DNA of 62,679 nt, the filler included, from Chiloscyllium plagiosum (lineage: Eukaryota), in NCBI RefSeq assembly GCF_004010195.1. It is 4 parts of one record of this genome, joined end to end, with 100 filler letters (N's around TTAATTAATTAA, not from the genome) between each part and the next. Parts side by side here need not be neighbours in the genome. Positions count along the whole stretch, not along the records: positions 13,677 to 41,801 come from NC_057716.1; 3 more parts are not named here. One strand, 5' to 3'. Shown in pieces: positions 26,337-38,993 of this stretch. The notes under the pieces are model-generated. The model searched no databases and was not told the origin of the DNA. It was given only the letters and a program-made list of their open reading frames with translations. Each line of letters starts with the position of its first letter. Position 1 is the stretch's first letter. The position numbers and the translations under genes were made by a program.

Positions 26337-28319
26337 AAACCTAGACACCTCAACAACTTCCTTCAATCTGTCCTGTCCTATCAGCAGGAAAGATTCATCA
26401 AAGGTGACGAATCAGTTGCACAGAGAGAGGAAACAGAGAGGACCTAGCAGCATTCTACATTGACTTCAGGCACAATGAAATCTCAGGTTATCAGCTCAAA
26501 CATGAACAAGGAAACCTGATTAGCTCATACAGCCTCATTCTCGGCTGATGACTGGTACTCCTCTATATTGAATGCCACTTAGAAAGGGCACAGAATATAC
26601 TCTGAATGGGGGACGTTGATATCCATTGCCAAGAATGGTTTGGTAGCACCATTACTAATGAGAATCCTGAAGGATAAATCTGCCAGACTGGGCTGGCAGC
26701 AAGTGGTGATGGAACAACAAAAGCTTCACCACTAACAAGTCCAGGTTAATAGAAATCATGGACTAGATTTATGTACTTCACAAGAAACTACTTTTTTTTT
26801 CCAAAGGAATAAGCGTTATGTCTGACAAAAAAAACCTATAATTCTCTAATTTAAACTCTTACACACAGACAGACAGACATGGACAAACAAAAAATATAGA
26901 TGTTATAGGTGGAAGGAAAAAAGGGAACACAGTTTAATTGCACCAGTTCACAGGATTCATCGACGTGCCCTTTATTTCGAGTCCTTCTGATCTCCGATCT
27001 TCTTCTTTCCCACCGTTCTCAATTCTTTACTCCAGGCACAGGGCAGTTAGCATACAAGTTGTTCAGTCTCTATCGCCAGTTGGAGGTGGTAGCAAATAGG
27101 CAAGTGGTGAGTGAGATATAGCTGGCTACATTCCAATTATTCATTACTCCTCTGCAAGGAGAGAGAAGATGCTGTCCTTTTAGAGATAGCCTGTATCAAA
27201 CCTGAAATGTTAACTTTGTTTCTCTCTTCACAGATGCTGCCAGACTCAGGTTTCTTCAGCAATTTTTAAAAAATTTCTGATTTCCAGCATCCGCAGTGTA
27301 TTGCTTTTGTTTTAGCAACTGTGTGGTGTTTTACTGTTATTTTATTGGTAGTGGGGATACCACAACAAGACCACAGGACTCCATATTTTCAATTATATCA
27401 TTCTTGCCACATGTTGTGGTTTGACACATTAATGTGAACAGAAACACTTCTTTAAAAGCTTAAGGCTGAAAGGAACTGAAGCATCTGAGAATGGGTCATA
27501 ATGGTACAGGCTCAGCAGGTTGTGGATTCAGGTCAATAAAGAGGTTAAGTGTCTAACCGAGGCTGCTACTGCCCAGTGTCCTGAAGCAGTATGAGTTAGC
27601 ATTCTTCATGGGGAGGTCATCAATTAAATCCCTCCCTGCCGCTTCTGATATTTCAAGTGGATTGTGAAGATCCTAAGGTACTATCAGAAGAACAGCAGAA
27701 AGTTCTCATGTCCTGACCAACATTCCCCATCAATTAAACAAATGATAACATGGTCAACTGCCACAGCGTTTTGAAGATTTTCAATGTATGTGGAATGATA
27801 CGGGTATTCAAGATTTGATAAGATCATAAGACACAAGAGGAGAAGTAATCCCATTGATTTTATTCCACCATTTGATAAAATCATGGCATCTAATAAACCA
27901 CACACACTCCTGCCATTTCCAATACTAACTAAAACCCTATTTGTCTGATAAAGCACTACAACAAAGCAAGTCAAACAGTCACTGAACATGAAATGTTAAT
28001 TCTGCTTTCTCTCCACAGATGGTGCCAGACCTGCTGAGTTTCTTCTTTAATTTCTGTCTTTTTTTGAGGTTGGCGGAAAAATTGGACCAAGGCTGGTTAC
28101 TGAATATCATGAGGTAAGCAGGATGTTTCTCTTTTCCCTCTCTTGACGGTACTGAATTCAGCTAGGGTATGGATGCGTTCTCGATCCTCTCCTTAACTTC
28201 AGCACTATACCTGTTGATCCTTCTTTCTATAATAGTGCATTCACTGGCTAACATTGGCCAGAGAGTCTAGGGTAAGAACACAGAACAATACACTACAAGA
28301 ACAGGGCCTTCAGCCCACT

Positions 28320-28610
28320 GAGACAGGGCATAGGTTTAGAGGGAGAGGGGAAAAATACAAAAGAGACCTAAGGGGCAACTTTTTCACACGAAGGGTGGTA
28401 CGTGAATGGAATGAGCTGGCAGAGGATGTGGTGGTGGCTGGTACAATTGCAACATTTCAGAGGCATTTGGATGGGTATATGAATAGGAAGGGTTTGGAGG
28501 GATATGGGCTGGGTGCTGGCAGGCAGAACTAGATTGGGTTGGGATATCTGGTCGGTATGGACGGGTTGGACCGAAGGGTCTATTTCCATGCTGTACATCT
28601 TTATGACTCT
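28320..28610 (+). mobile_element. CR1 3' tail fragment
   Basis: GHRFRGRGEKYKRDLRGNFFT; tail as at 13000, 20700 and 53800. Confidence 0.88.
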
Positions 28611-28676
28611 AAATGGGTGGCAGTTGGAGAAAATTAGCACAAAAGGAGGAAAACAGCAATATCCAAGGTCACGAAC

Positions 28677-28753
28677 CTGTAGTATGTCCCAAACCAATTG
28701 AGCGGAGTGTAAAGCTGAATAATGTAAGTTCCAAACAGGACAAAATCACCAAC
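28677..28753 (-). CDS. ABCB6: ABCB6 coding exon (about exon 10)
   Basis: gcatag|...|gttcgt; 77 bp, phase 0 to 2; [25 protein letters not shown](R). Confidence 0.95.
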
Positions 28754-28799
28754 CTATGCAGAAAAACAAGAACATTCAATTAGAATACTGAGAATATAA

Positions 28800-29545
28800 A
28801 CGGAAGAGCCTTGGGAAAAGTTGATGAGCAGAGAGATCTGGGAGTTCAGGTCCTTTGTACCCTGAAGGTGGCTGCACAGGTGGGTAGAGTGGTCAAGAAG
28901 GCATATAGTATGCTTGCCTTCATCGGACAGGGTATTGAGTATAAGAGCTGGCAAGTCATGTTAAAATTGTACAAGACTTTGGTTCGGCCGCGTTTAGAAT
29001 ACGGTGTCCAGTTCTGGTTGCCACATTACCAAAAGGATGTGGACGCTTTGGAGAGGGTGCAGAGAAGGTTTACAAGGATGTTGCCTGGTATGGAAGGTGC
29101 TAGCTATGAAGAGAGGTTGAGTAGGTTAGGATTGTTTTCATTAGAAAAAAGGAGACTGAGGGGGGACCTGATTGAGGTTTACAAAATCATGAAGGGCATT
29201 GACAGGGTAGATAGAGATAAGCTTTTTCCCAGAGTGAGGGATTCAATAACGAGAGGTCACATGTTCAAGGTGACAGGTGAAAAGTTTAAAGGAGGATACA
29301 TGCGGCAAGTACTTTACACATAGGGTGGTAGGTGCCTGGAATGCGTTGCCAGCAGAGGATATAGAGGCAGGCACGGTAGATTCATTTAATGTGAGTCTGG
29401 ACAGATACATGAGTAGGTGGGGAGCTGAGGGATACAGATGCTTAGGAATTGGGTGTTCGGTTTAGACAGTGGATTTGGATCGGCTCAAGCTTGGAGGGCC
29501 GAAGGGCTTGTTCCTGGGTTATAAATTTTCTTTGTTCTTTGTAAT
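28800..29545 (+). mobile_element. CR1 3' end filling most of an 840-bp ABCB6 intron
   Basis: ORF 28811..29323 RDLGVQV...LYKTLVRPRLEYGVQFW...RGDLIEVYK. Confidence 0.92.
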
Positions 29546-29593
29546 GTTAGAGATAATTGCAACATTCACCCAAGAAAGTAAGATGCTACTGAC

Positions 29594-29719
29594 CTGAAGC
29601 TTTTTCTCTGTGACAAAGTAAGCACTGAGGAGTGACCCAGCTAGCAACCCAAGGCCAATGATCAGGTTCTGTGTTTGGTTCAGAAGGGCCAGACTGGCAC
29701 TTGTTTTCCATTCTGCCAC
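29594..29719 (-). CDS. ABCB6: ABCB6 coding exon (about exon 9)
   Basis: attaag|...|gtcagt; 126 bp; [42 protein letters not shown]. Confidence 0.95.
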
Positions 29720-31397
29720 CTTAATTAAAATATCAAGAAACACAAGCAGTAACAGATTCAGTTCCAGGAGCAAATGTGAATGAAGGAAACGTATCAAATC
29801 TGGATGAAAGGTCAGTGATCTGAAACAAGAACTGTTTCTCTCTCCACAGATTTTACCTGACATGACGAGATGCTTCTATATTTTTGTCTGAATATTGCCA
29901 ATGCTCAAATTCACAACGGGGTTGGCCTGGCACTTGATTCTGGACCACCAAAAAGCTGGTTTTACACCAAAGCGCACCCACACTGTGCAGACCAAAACCC
30001 CCAAAATCAGTTCATGTCAGTATTTTATTGTCCCAACAGGGTAGGATTTGACCTCTGGGAATACATATTTACATTTTAGAACATCAGGAAAAATTGGAAA
30101 CAATGCAACAGTTTTGATATTTTGTGGATTGAAAAGGTTTCAGTGAGATTATACCAAGGACAAAAATCAATAATTTAATGTGCACTATAGCCACCTGCTG
30201 CTTCCAGAAAAAACAACTGACCTTACAGAAGGCATGCAAAGCTTCTTTTACAAGGATGATTATGGCGCTTAATGACTGGAAGGCCCAATTTGAAAAGACA
30301 AAAGGAACTTCTATGTTATTAGTTGCCTAACAACCTTTTCTGGATTTAGTGTTCTGTGCTGCAGATCTAAGTGATTTAGAAGGAAGATATCTCAGATGCT
30401 GAAAATATCTCTAATGAAACTCTTTTCTCAATAAAAGCTCCTGGGAACCTGGTAAAGTTTCCAAATACCAGGACCTCTGACCATCTTGAAAAACCTTGAC
30501 ACAGTTAGACTGTGACCAATTTCCAAAACCCAGATCCGTTAGTCTCCATTCGTCTATGGCTGTCAGCAATTCGATCTTTGTCACAGAAAACCTAGTGGAC
30601 CATGAGAAGCCATCACATTTTATTGTTTCCTGAGTCCTGGCCATTTTGGTGATTGAATCAACACATTGATACTGCAAATGACAGGCTATTGAGTTTTGAT
30701 TACCAGTGCACAGATGAGCTCATTAAATACACTCAACACACAAGAGATATTTGATTTACAAGACAGTCATGAGTTATGGTGGGATGGATAGCAAAGTGGA
30801 GCTAAGGGCCTAACCAGATCAGCCATGAACTTTCTGAATGACAGAACAAGGTTGGTGAGCTGAATAGTCCACTCGTGCTCCTATTTCTTATGTCACTTAC
30901 AAGAACAGTCTTCAAGAGTCAACTGACACAACAGGAAAAGAAATATGCTTTGAGAAGGCTTGCCTCTTGTAAGTGCGAGTGAATCAAGCAAGGTTTGGTT
31001 TAGTGCATTAGCAGCAGCACAAACCAGTGCATTGTGAGAACCACAGATCTGACCTCCATGCTGGGATTGGCACTAAACCAAAATTCCAAAAGTTGACTGC
31101 ACGGTTATGGAGCTAAACAGAAGAATCAAAATAAAGCAGCAAATATTGGAAAGACTTTGCAGGTCTGGCATCATCTGTGGAGAAAGAAATAGCATCAACA
31201 TCTTAGTTCAATGGTCATGAGTGAACACGTTCTCCTGTTTCTGTCTCCAAAGATGATGTCACACCTGATGGAGATATATCCAGAAATATTGGTTTACATT
31301 TCAAATTCCAGAAGTTAGCAGTTTTTACTTCTGAATAAAAGGTGATGATCTATTCTGCAGCATTGCCACAATTGGGATGTCGTTCTGGTGCACTTAC

Positions 31398-31463
31398 CTG
31401 GTACTTCAGTATGGCATCATTGAAACGGTTAACCTCATAACTCTCAGCATTGTAATACTTCAC
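31398..31463 (-). CDS. ABCB6: ABCB6 coding exon (about exon 8)
   Basis: ctccag|...|gtaagt; 66 bp, phase 0 to 0; VKYYNAESYEVNRFNDAILKYQ. Confidence 0.96.
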
Positions 31464-31710
31464 CTGGAGGTAAAGGAAAGAAATATCAGTTTTGTCTATT
31501 GTGGGTACTTTTCTCAGAAGATTGAGTGTCTTGGAACTTTATTCCTGAAAAGGTAGTGGAACCGTGGTCTTTGAATATTTTATGACAGCGATAGACACGT
31601 TCTTGATAAATAGGGAGTGAAAGGTTACTAGGGAAAGGCAAGAATGTGCAATAACCAGACCAACTATAATAATGAATGGCAGAGCAGGCCCGAGAGGCCA
31701 GGTAGTCAAC

Positions 31711-32450
31711 AGTGTGGTGCTGGAAAACCACAGCAAGACAGGCAGCATCCGAAGAGCAGGAGAGTCAACGTTTTGGGCAAAGCCCGTTTATCAGGAATGA
31801 GGCCGGGAGCCGAAGGGGTGGAGAGGTAAATTGGAGGAGGGTGGGATTGAAGGGGGCAAGGTAGCTGAGAGTGAGATCGTTGCATGGAGGTGGGGTAAAG
31901 GTGATAGGTCAGAGGGGAGGGTGGAGCAGATAGGTGGGAAAGAAGATGGATAGGTAGAACAGGTCATGAGGGTGGTTTGGAGGGTTGTGTCTGGGATAAG
32001 ATGGTGGGAGGGGAAGTGAGGAAACTGGTGAAATCCACATTGATGCCATGGAGTTGGAGGGTCCTGAGGTGGAAGATGATGCGTTCTTCCTCCAGGCGTG
32101 GCTTTCCTCACCATATCCCAGTTCCAAATTTCCAACTCAGCATCACCCTCATGACCCATCTTACCTGTCCATCTTCCTTCCTACCTATCCACTCTGCCCT
32201 TCCATATGACCTATCACCATTACCCTCTCACCTCCATTCACCTATTGCACACTCAGCTACTTTCCCCCAAGCCCCAACCCCCTCCCATTTATCTCTCCAC
32301 TGCCTCAGCTCACAGCTTCAATCTTGATGAAGGGCTTTTGTCCAAAACATCGACTCTCCTGCTGCTCAGATGCTGCCTGACCTGCTGTGCTTTTGCAGCA
32401 CCATACTCTGGACTCTAATCTCCAGCATCTGCAGCCCTCATTTTCACCAA
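31711..32450. mobile_element. Fold-back PLE 3' end (minus arm then plus arm)
   Basis: Minus arm 31711-32100 and plus arm 32110-32450 both match the 3' end of the PLE at 37211-38445. Confidence 0.8.
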
Positions 32451-32451
32451 G

Positions 32452-33475
32452 AGGCCAAGTCACCTACACTTGCTCTTTATGTTTGTAAGGGTGAGGAAAG
32501 GAAGTAGAGAAGAAAAATTTGCTTGGATTTACACAGCACCTTCTCCCACATTTTACATAGCCAAAATGCTTAAAACAATCCATTATTATTGGAGTACAAT
32601 GATTGTTGTGCACAGACATGCAGTATGCAGATAAAGAATTAATCAACCACTTAAAGAAACTTGGTGTTGTTTCAGTGAGTATATTAAAGATTATTTTCCC
32701 CTCCTAATCAAGGATATACCAGACAGAAATTCAAGTTGTGAAAAGTGGACTGTCATCTTTGCCTGAAATTCCATTCAAAAGCAGCTCCACACTGGGAGAA
32801 TCACCCCCTGAATCGAGTTAGAAAAATTTCCATTATCTCAGGATGACCCAAAGGGCTTTTGCCTGAAACGTTGATTTTCCTGCTTCTCGGATACTGCCTG
32901 ACCTGCTGTGCTTTTCCAGCACCACTCTGATCTAAACTCTGGTTTCCAGCATCTGCAGTCCTCAGGCCAAGTCACCTACACTTGCTCTTTATATTTGTAA
33001 GGGTGAGGAAAGGAAGTAGAGAAGAAAAATTTGCTTGGATTTACACAGCACCTTCTCCCACATTTTACATAGCCAAAATGCTTAAAACAATCCACTATTA
33101 TTGGAGTACAATGATTGTTGTGCACAGACATGCAGTATGCAGATAAATAATTAATCAACCACTTAAAGAAACTTGGTGTTGTTTCAGTGAGTATATTAAA
33201 GATTATTTTCCCCTCCTAACCAAGGATATACCAGACAGAAATTCAAGTTGTGAAAAGTGGACTGTCATCTTTGCCTGAAACTCCATTCAAAAGCAGCTCC
33301 ACACTGGGAGAATCACCCCCCGAATCGAGTTAGAAAAATTTCCATTATCTCAGGATGACCCAAAGGGCTTTTGCCCGAAACGTCGATTTTCCTGCTTCTC
33401 GGATACTGCCTGACCTGCTGTGCTTTTCCAGCACCACTCTGATCTCAACTCTGGTTTCCAGCATCTGCAGTCCTC
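32452..33475. repeat. Tandem duplication, two 512-bp copies
   Basis: aggccaagtcacctacac starts at 32452 and 32964; about 10 substitutions by eye. Confidence 0.95.
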
Positions 33476-33484
33476 ACTTTTGCC

Positions 33485-34035
33485 TAGCCAAACTATTTTA
33501 CAGTCAATGAAGTATTTTGATGATTCAGTCACTATTGTTACATAGGAATCATCACAGTTAATTTGTGTACAAGTTCCAACAAACTGATAATGCCTGGATT
33601 ACAGGTTGTTCTGCTATAATGTGCATTTCATTAATGCGAATTTGCTGTAACGTGGTTGATGGATCAAGGACACTGTTTCGAAAGCACAAACTTTTATAAC
33701 AGGTATTGGTTATAAGGCAATTCTGACCCCATTAGTTTAAATGGTGTTGCTATTACGTGATTGTCTATAACACGGGGTTGCATGAGAATGGAATTATTGT
33801 GTTATAGCAGAAATGACTGTATCTGTTTCAGTGACATTGATTATATGTTGATTAGAACAGCCGAACTTCCCTCCTCTACAAAAATGATTGCCAACAGATC
33901 TTTTATGTCTACCCAATCAGACAAACTCTTATCTGAAAGATAGCACCTCCAAGATTGCATTGGTGATATGCAATCAAATATCTGGAGAAGGACTAAATCC
34001 TTCAGCCTTCTGGCTCAGATTTGATTGCTGAGCTA
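33485..34035 (-). mobile_element. Old Deu-domain SINE-like element (SacSINE1/AmnSINE-like) interrupted by a MITE
   Basis: Reverse complement ctgagccagaagg...ggaggtgctatctttcagat...gtgactgaatcatcaaaatacttcattgactgtaaa resembles the recalled DeuSINE consensus. Confidence 0.5.
33602..33819 (+). mobile_element. Tc1/mariner-type MITE
   Basis: TA|CAGGTTGTTCTGCTATAA ... TTATAGCAGAAATGACTG|TA; imperfect TIRs and TA duplication. Confidence 0.75.
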
Positions 34036-35180
34036 CAACCTAGAGCCATATAATCATACAGCACAGAAACAGGCCTTTCGGCACAACTCGTCCATGCTGA
34101 CCAGGTTTGCTAAAGTGAACTAGGTCCATTGACCCTCAAAACCTTTCCTATCCATGTACCTGTCTAAATGTCTTTACCACTTCCTCTGGCAGCTCATTCC
34201 ATTCATGCACCACCCTCGATAGGAAAAGGTTGCCTCTCAGGTCCCTTTTAAATCTTTCCTCTCTCACCTTAAACCTATGCCCTCTAGTTTTGGACTCCCC
34301 CACCCTGGGGAAACCTGACAACTGCTCTTTAGTGCTACAGGATCTCAAGATCTACCTATAACAACACAGCAGGCAGAAAGGCTCTCAAAGAAGCAATTCA
34401 TCTGCAGAGAAAGCAGCCAGACACATGGATGTCCGTAATTCTTGAGAGTTTATTCAACTTTTGTCCCTTGAAACAAAATCAAAAGGAAGTGAATTGATCC
34501 TTCGCTCACTTTGTACAGGGCACAGACTACCAAGCAGAAACGCGTCATTCCATTTCACCTGATTAGTACCATTCTGTATTCAAATATGCTTTGAAGTTCA
34601 TTTGATCCCAGTAGCAAAGAAGAAAATTTCAGAGGGAAGAGTCAGGAAGAGGTGGGAAATGTTAAACCCTTTGATGGCTTTCCAGAATGCTGCAAGGCAC
34701 AGGACTGCAGTTGAGAGCTAAAATCACGGCTGCATCTTCAACGTCTCATCATGTTCTGCGGCTAACAGAGCAGAAAGTGCAATCCTGTGATGTTAAACAT
34801 GTCACTAATTCACTTCCCTCCAGCACCAAAGCAGTAGTGAGATCAAAGGTAATTTAGGAGGCCGTAATTCACTAAAGCCAGCAAATGACACAAGAAAGGG
34901 CAGCGTCCATCTCAACTGTTATGTTCAGATAGTTTCATTAAAACAAAATTATATAACATGGGAGAACTTTTTAAAAAAATGTCACATTCTCACAAGGTAG
35001 TCAATAATTCAACCACCACAGAGTGCCCAACAGGAGAAGCTATAATTCAATGGGTAGCAGTCTCACCATTCAAGCTCAAGATCAGGGTTGAAGTCCCACT
35101 CCAGGACCTGAGTGCATTGAAAGAAAATCAAGGCTGACATTCCAATGCAACTGTATGAGAAAACTAAGGACAGAGATGTG

Positions 35181-35655
35181 ACATGGTGACTCAGTGGCTA
35201 GCATTGCTGCCTCAGCGCCAGGGACCCGGGTTCAATTCCAGCCTCGGGTGACTGTGTGGAGTTTGCACACTCTCCCAGTGTCTGCGTGGGTTTCCTCCGG
35301 GTGCTCTGGTTTCCTCCCACAGTCCAAAGATGTGCAGGTCAGGGTGAACTGGCCACGCTAAATTGCCCATAGCATTCAGGGATGTGTGTAGGTTAGGTGT
35401 ATTAGTCAGAGAGGAGAAAGTGAGGACTGCTGATGCTGAAGATTAGTGTCAAAAAGTGTGGTGCTGGAAAAGCACAGCTGGTCATGCAGCATCTGAGGAG
35501 CAGGAAAGTCAATGTTTCGAGCATAAGCTCTTCATCAGGAATGCACCAGGAGTAAATGTAGTGGAATGGGTCTGGGAGGGTTACTCTTCAGAGGGTTGGT
35601 GTGAACTTGTTGGGCCAAATGGTCTGTTTCCACACCAGGGATTCTATAATTCTAT
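35181..35655 (+). mobile_element. HE1-like SINE with nested PLE-terminus insertion (about 35411-35541)
   Basis: tggtgactcagtggctagc and ggttcaattcc boxes; SINE tail resumes after the insertion. Confidence 0.85.
35511..35538 (-). ncRNA. Hammerhead motif (family A) with compensatory stem II change
   Basis: Reverse complement CTGATGA-A-GAGC TTAT GCTC-GAAAC-ATT; palindrome decayed at CpG. Confidence 0.6.
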
Positions 35656-37210
35656 GCTGTTTGTCACATAACATATTACACAGAAACCCTATCTCCCTAT
35701 TCTGGTGAACGTAAAAGTTCTCACCAAAGTGACAAGGTAGAATTTTGACAAACAAGAAGCACTCACAAGGTGGTAAACTGAAAGTTGGCAAACACAGCTT
35801 TGTTGCAGATTTTTAATTAACCCAACACAATCCTGCTTTCGAATGTCCAGACTAAATGCGAGCAGGCGAACCTGATTGCAATCCTCACCCTATTGTTCAA
35901 ACCTCAAAGTTTAAACATGGGACCCCAGTAAGGGTCAGAATGGATGCATACTTCAACAATCAGGACTTAAACCACAACTTCAATTATAGGGGTCTCAATT
36001 TGGTAGTTTCCCTCCCCACTGAACTCTTATATTCTAAGGGGCACCCATGGAGGTCATGCTGCGGTAATGTAAGGGCCCGTAAAGCTACTTATCCCAGCAG
36101 ATGAGAGAAAGAAGCTAGCTTATGAAGCAAAGTTTAGGCGGAAATAACTAATGAGGTCAGATGCAGAACAGCACACCTTTGCTCAGAGATATGACCAAGG
36201 TTCAATAACCTGGGGAAATATGAGTAGCACGGTACATGCCAATCCCCACACTCTGATTTTATCATCACCTCATTCAGCTCCAGTCTTCACAGAATACATC
36301 ACCATCACTCAGCATATCCAAGTTGCTGCACATTAAAGAGCAGATCCAAGATTTGCCATGGCACCGATGGTGACCTATCACTTGATCAATAACTATTCTT
36401 GTGCTCTTTTGTACATGCTCCAGTACATCAGTACTAATGTACTGGAAGTAGTCACCAGCTTCATCCTAAAAGTATTCCTCAAATTCAAGGAGTAATCTAC
36501 GGAGTCAGTTTGGAGCTTGGAATATCTGTGGGATACTTAATAGGGCAGAATGAAGACATCATGGCAGCTTGTCTGATATCTTGCACAGGCATGCATGATT
36601 ATCATTGGGTAGGTACATACCAACCAACATAGAGCTTTAATTGACAAACAATCCTGATTATTTCATGGGTTCTTTGGTGACCGCGTGTGTGGCCTATGAT
36701 TCTGTGGATTTGTGGGGAAATCTGAATGTCTTTCTCACTGTAAACAGCTAGCCCAGTTTGCAAACTGATGAAAAATGCTGGCCCCAGGAGGCATAGTTTC
36801 AGTCACCCAGATGTAGCAAGTATGTGCTGCAGATTGCAAAATCCTGCAGATGGCACTAAGATGTTCCTAAAAGGAGATGGAGGCAAAGAAATCCCATGAC
36901 CTTGATTACCACTGGAAATACAGGCTGTTAACATTTAACTGGGAACAGTGCAACATTAATGAATGAGATCCCAATTAAATCCATATGAGCAATCTGCCTG
37001 TTTGACTGCTACTCAGGACAAAACCAATTCACACCATGTTTCATAATTAAGGAGATAACTTCATTGTAATACACTCAGCTGAAACAAACAGCAGAGTAAA
37101 GGATACATTGCAAGGACTTTGCCTTTAAAAGCTGTAGACTGCAGTAAGGAAGAACTACTTTTAAAAAGAGATTCCCCAGAATGGCAGCAGAATACAACAA
37201 CAATAATACC

Positions 37211-38445
37211 AGCTAAGTTTAAAGTCAGGATGGAATGTGTTGGTGAATTTCATGAATTGCTCAACCTCCTTGCGGGAGCACGAGGTGGCGCCAGTGCAGT
37301 CATCAATGTAGCGGAGAAAGAGGTGGAGTGGTGCCGGTGTAACTACGATGTAACTACCTGGACCATCTCTGACACCTCCCTCCCCTTCCTGGACCTCTCC
37401 ATCTCCATTAATGACGACCGACTTGATACCGACATTTTTTACAAACCCACTGACTCCCACAGCCACCTGGATTACACCTCTTCCCACCCTACCTCCTGTA
37501 AAAATGCCGATGTGGAAGGCTCCTTTAGGGCCTTCCACCCTACCAACCTTCGCATAAACCAAATCATCCGCCGACATTTCCGCCACCTCCAAACAGACCC
37601 CACCACCAGGGATATATTTCCCTCCCCACCCATTTCCGCCTTCCGCAAAGACCGTTCCCTTCGTGTCTACCTGGTCAGGTCCCTACCCCCCCTACAACCC
37701 ACCCTCCCATCCTGGCACCTTCCTCTGCCACTGCAGGAATTGCAAAACCTGCGCCCACACCTCCTCCCTCACCTCCATCCAAGGCCCCAAAGGAGCCTTC
37801 CACACCCATCAAAGTTTTACCTGCACATCCACCAATATCATACATTGCATCGGGAGCAACTGATACAGTCTCCTCTACATTGGGGAGATTGGATGCCTCC
37901 CAGCAGATGGCTTTAGGGAACTTCTCTGGGACACCCGCACCAATCAACCACACCGCCCTGTGGCCCAACATTTCAACTCCCCCTCCCACTCAGCCGAGGA
38001 CATGGAAGTGCTGGGCCTCCTTCACTGCCGCTCCCTCACCACCCGACGCCTGGAGGAAGGATGCCTCATCTTCCGCCTTGGAACACTTCAACCCCAGGGC
38101 ATTAATGTGGACTTCAACAGTTTTCTCATTTCCCCTTCCCCCACCTCACCCCAATTCCAAATTTCCAGCTCAGCACTGTCCCCATGACTTGTTGTACCCG
38201 CCTACCTTCCTTTCCACCTATCCACTCCACCCTCCTCTCTAACCCTCACCTCCATCCCCACCCCCATTCACCTATTGTACTCCATGCTACATTCTCCCCA
38301 CCCCCACCCTCCTCTCATTTATCTCTCCACCCTGCAGGCACTCTGCCTCTATTCCTGATGAAGGGCTTTTGCCCGAAACGTCGATTTTCCTGCTCCTCGG
38401 ATGCTGCCTGAATGGCTGTACTTTTCCAGCACCACTCTAATCTAG
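37211..38445 (+). mobile_element. Penelope-like element, 5'-truncated with inverted 5' segment; RT thumb, GIY-YIG-like region and terminal repeat
   Basis: Minus strand LFLRYIDDC; plus strand LPFLDLSI...YKPTDSHSHLDYTSSHP, CHCRNCKTC, YIGE, RLGTLQPQGINVDF. Confidence 0.9.
38355..38382 (+). ncRNA. Minimal hammerhead ribozyme motif at the 3' terminus of a Penelope-like element (family A)
   Basis: CTGATGA-A-GGGC TTTT GCCC-GAAAC-GTC, downstream of the GIY-YIG-like coding remnant. Confidence 0.8.
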
Positions 38446-38883
38446 TATCTGGTGATTTGTCAAATTGCTGTTTGTGGGAGCTTGCAGTGTGCAAAGTTAC
38501 TGTGCTTTCTACATCACAGTGGCCAAACTTCAAAAATATTCCTTTGTCACAAAAGCACTGTGGGATATGCTGGACATCAGCAGAAAAACAAGTTTTTTCT
38601 TCCCTTCATTTTACTCTAGTGGTTAAGTTGAAACTGAAGTAGCAAGATCACCAGAGAGGAATGAATTAACCATAACTGGCAAAAAAAAAACCCTGTTGCC
38701 TCTCCCCATGCTCCCTTCTTTCATTAACTGGTTAGCACTTCCACTATTTTCACCCACATCACATCTTCCACTCACCTCTCTCCACATCTTCTTCCTCCCC
38801 AGAACCATCCTTCAACATCTCCCACTACCCTCGAGTCGCTGCCCAATGCCAGAGGAATAATAGACTAGACAAGCAAACATTAC

Positions 38884-38993
38884 CGTCTCAAAGTTGAGCA
38901 AAGAATCAACAGCCTTGGACTTTGCTTCATTGTCCCTGGTGTTCATTTCTCTCCTGTATTTTGTTCTCCATTCAGTTATCACAATAGTTATGG
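38884..38993 (-). CDS. ABCB6: ABCB6 coding exon, transmembrane domain (about human exon 7)
   Basis: cctacag|...|gtaatg; 110 bp, phase 1 to 0; encodes (x)[36 protein letters not shown]. Confidence 0.95.

Noticed and set aside
32850..33385. Tandem hammerhead pair able to form a dimeric ribozyme
   Set aside because: Both copies lack the CTGAnGA half of the core
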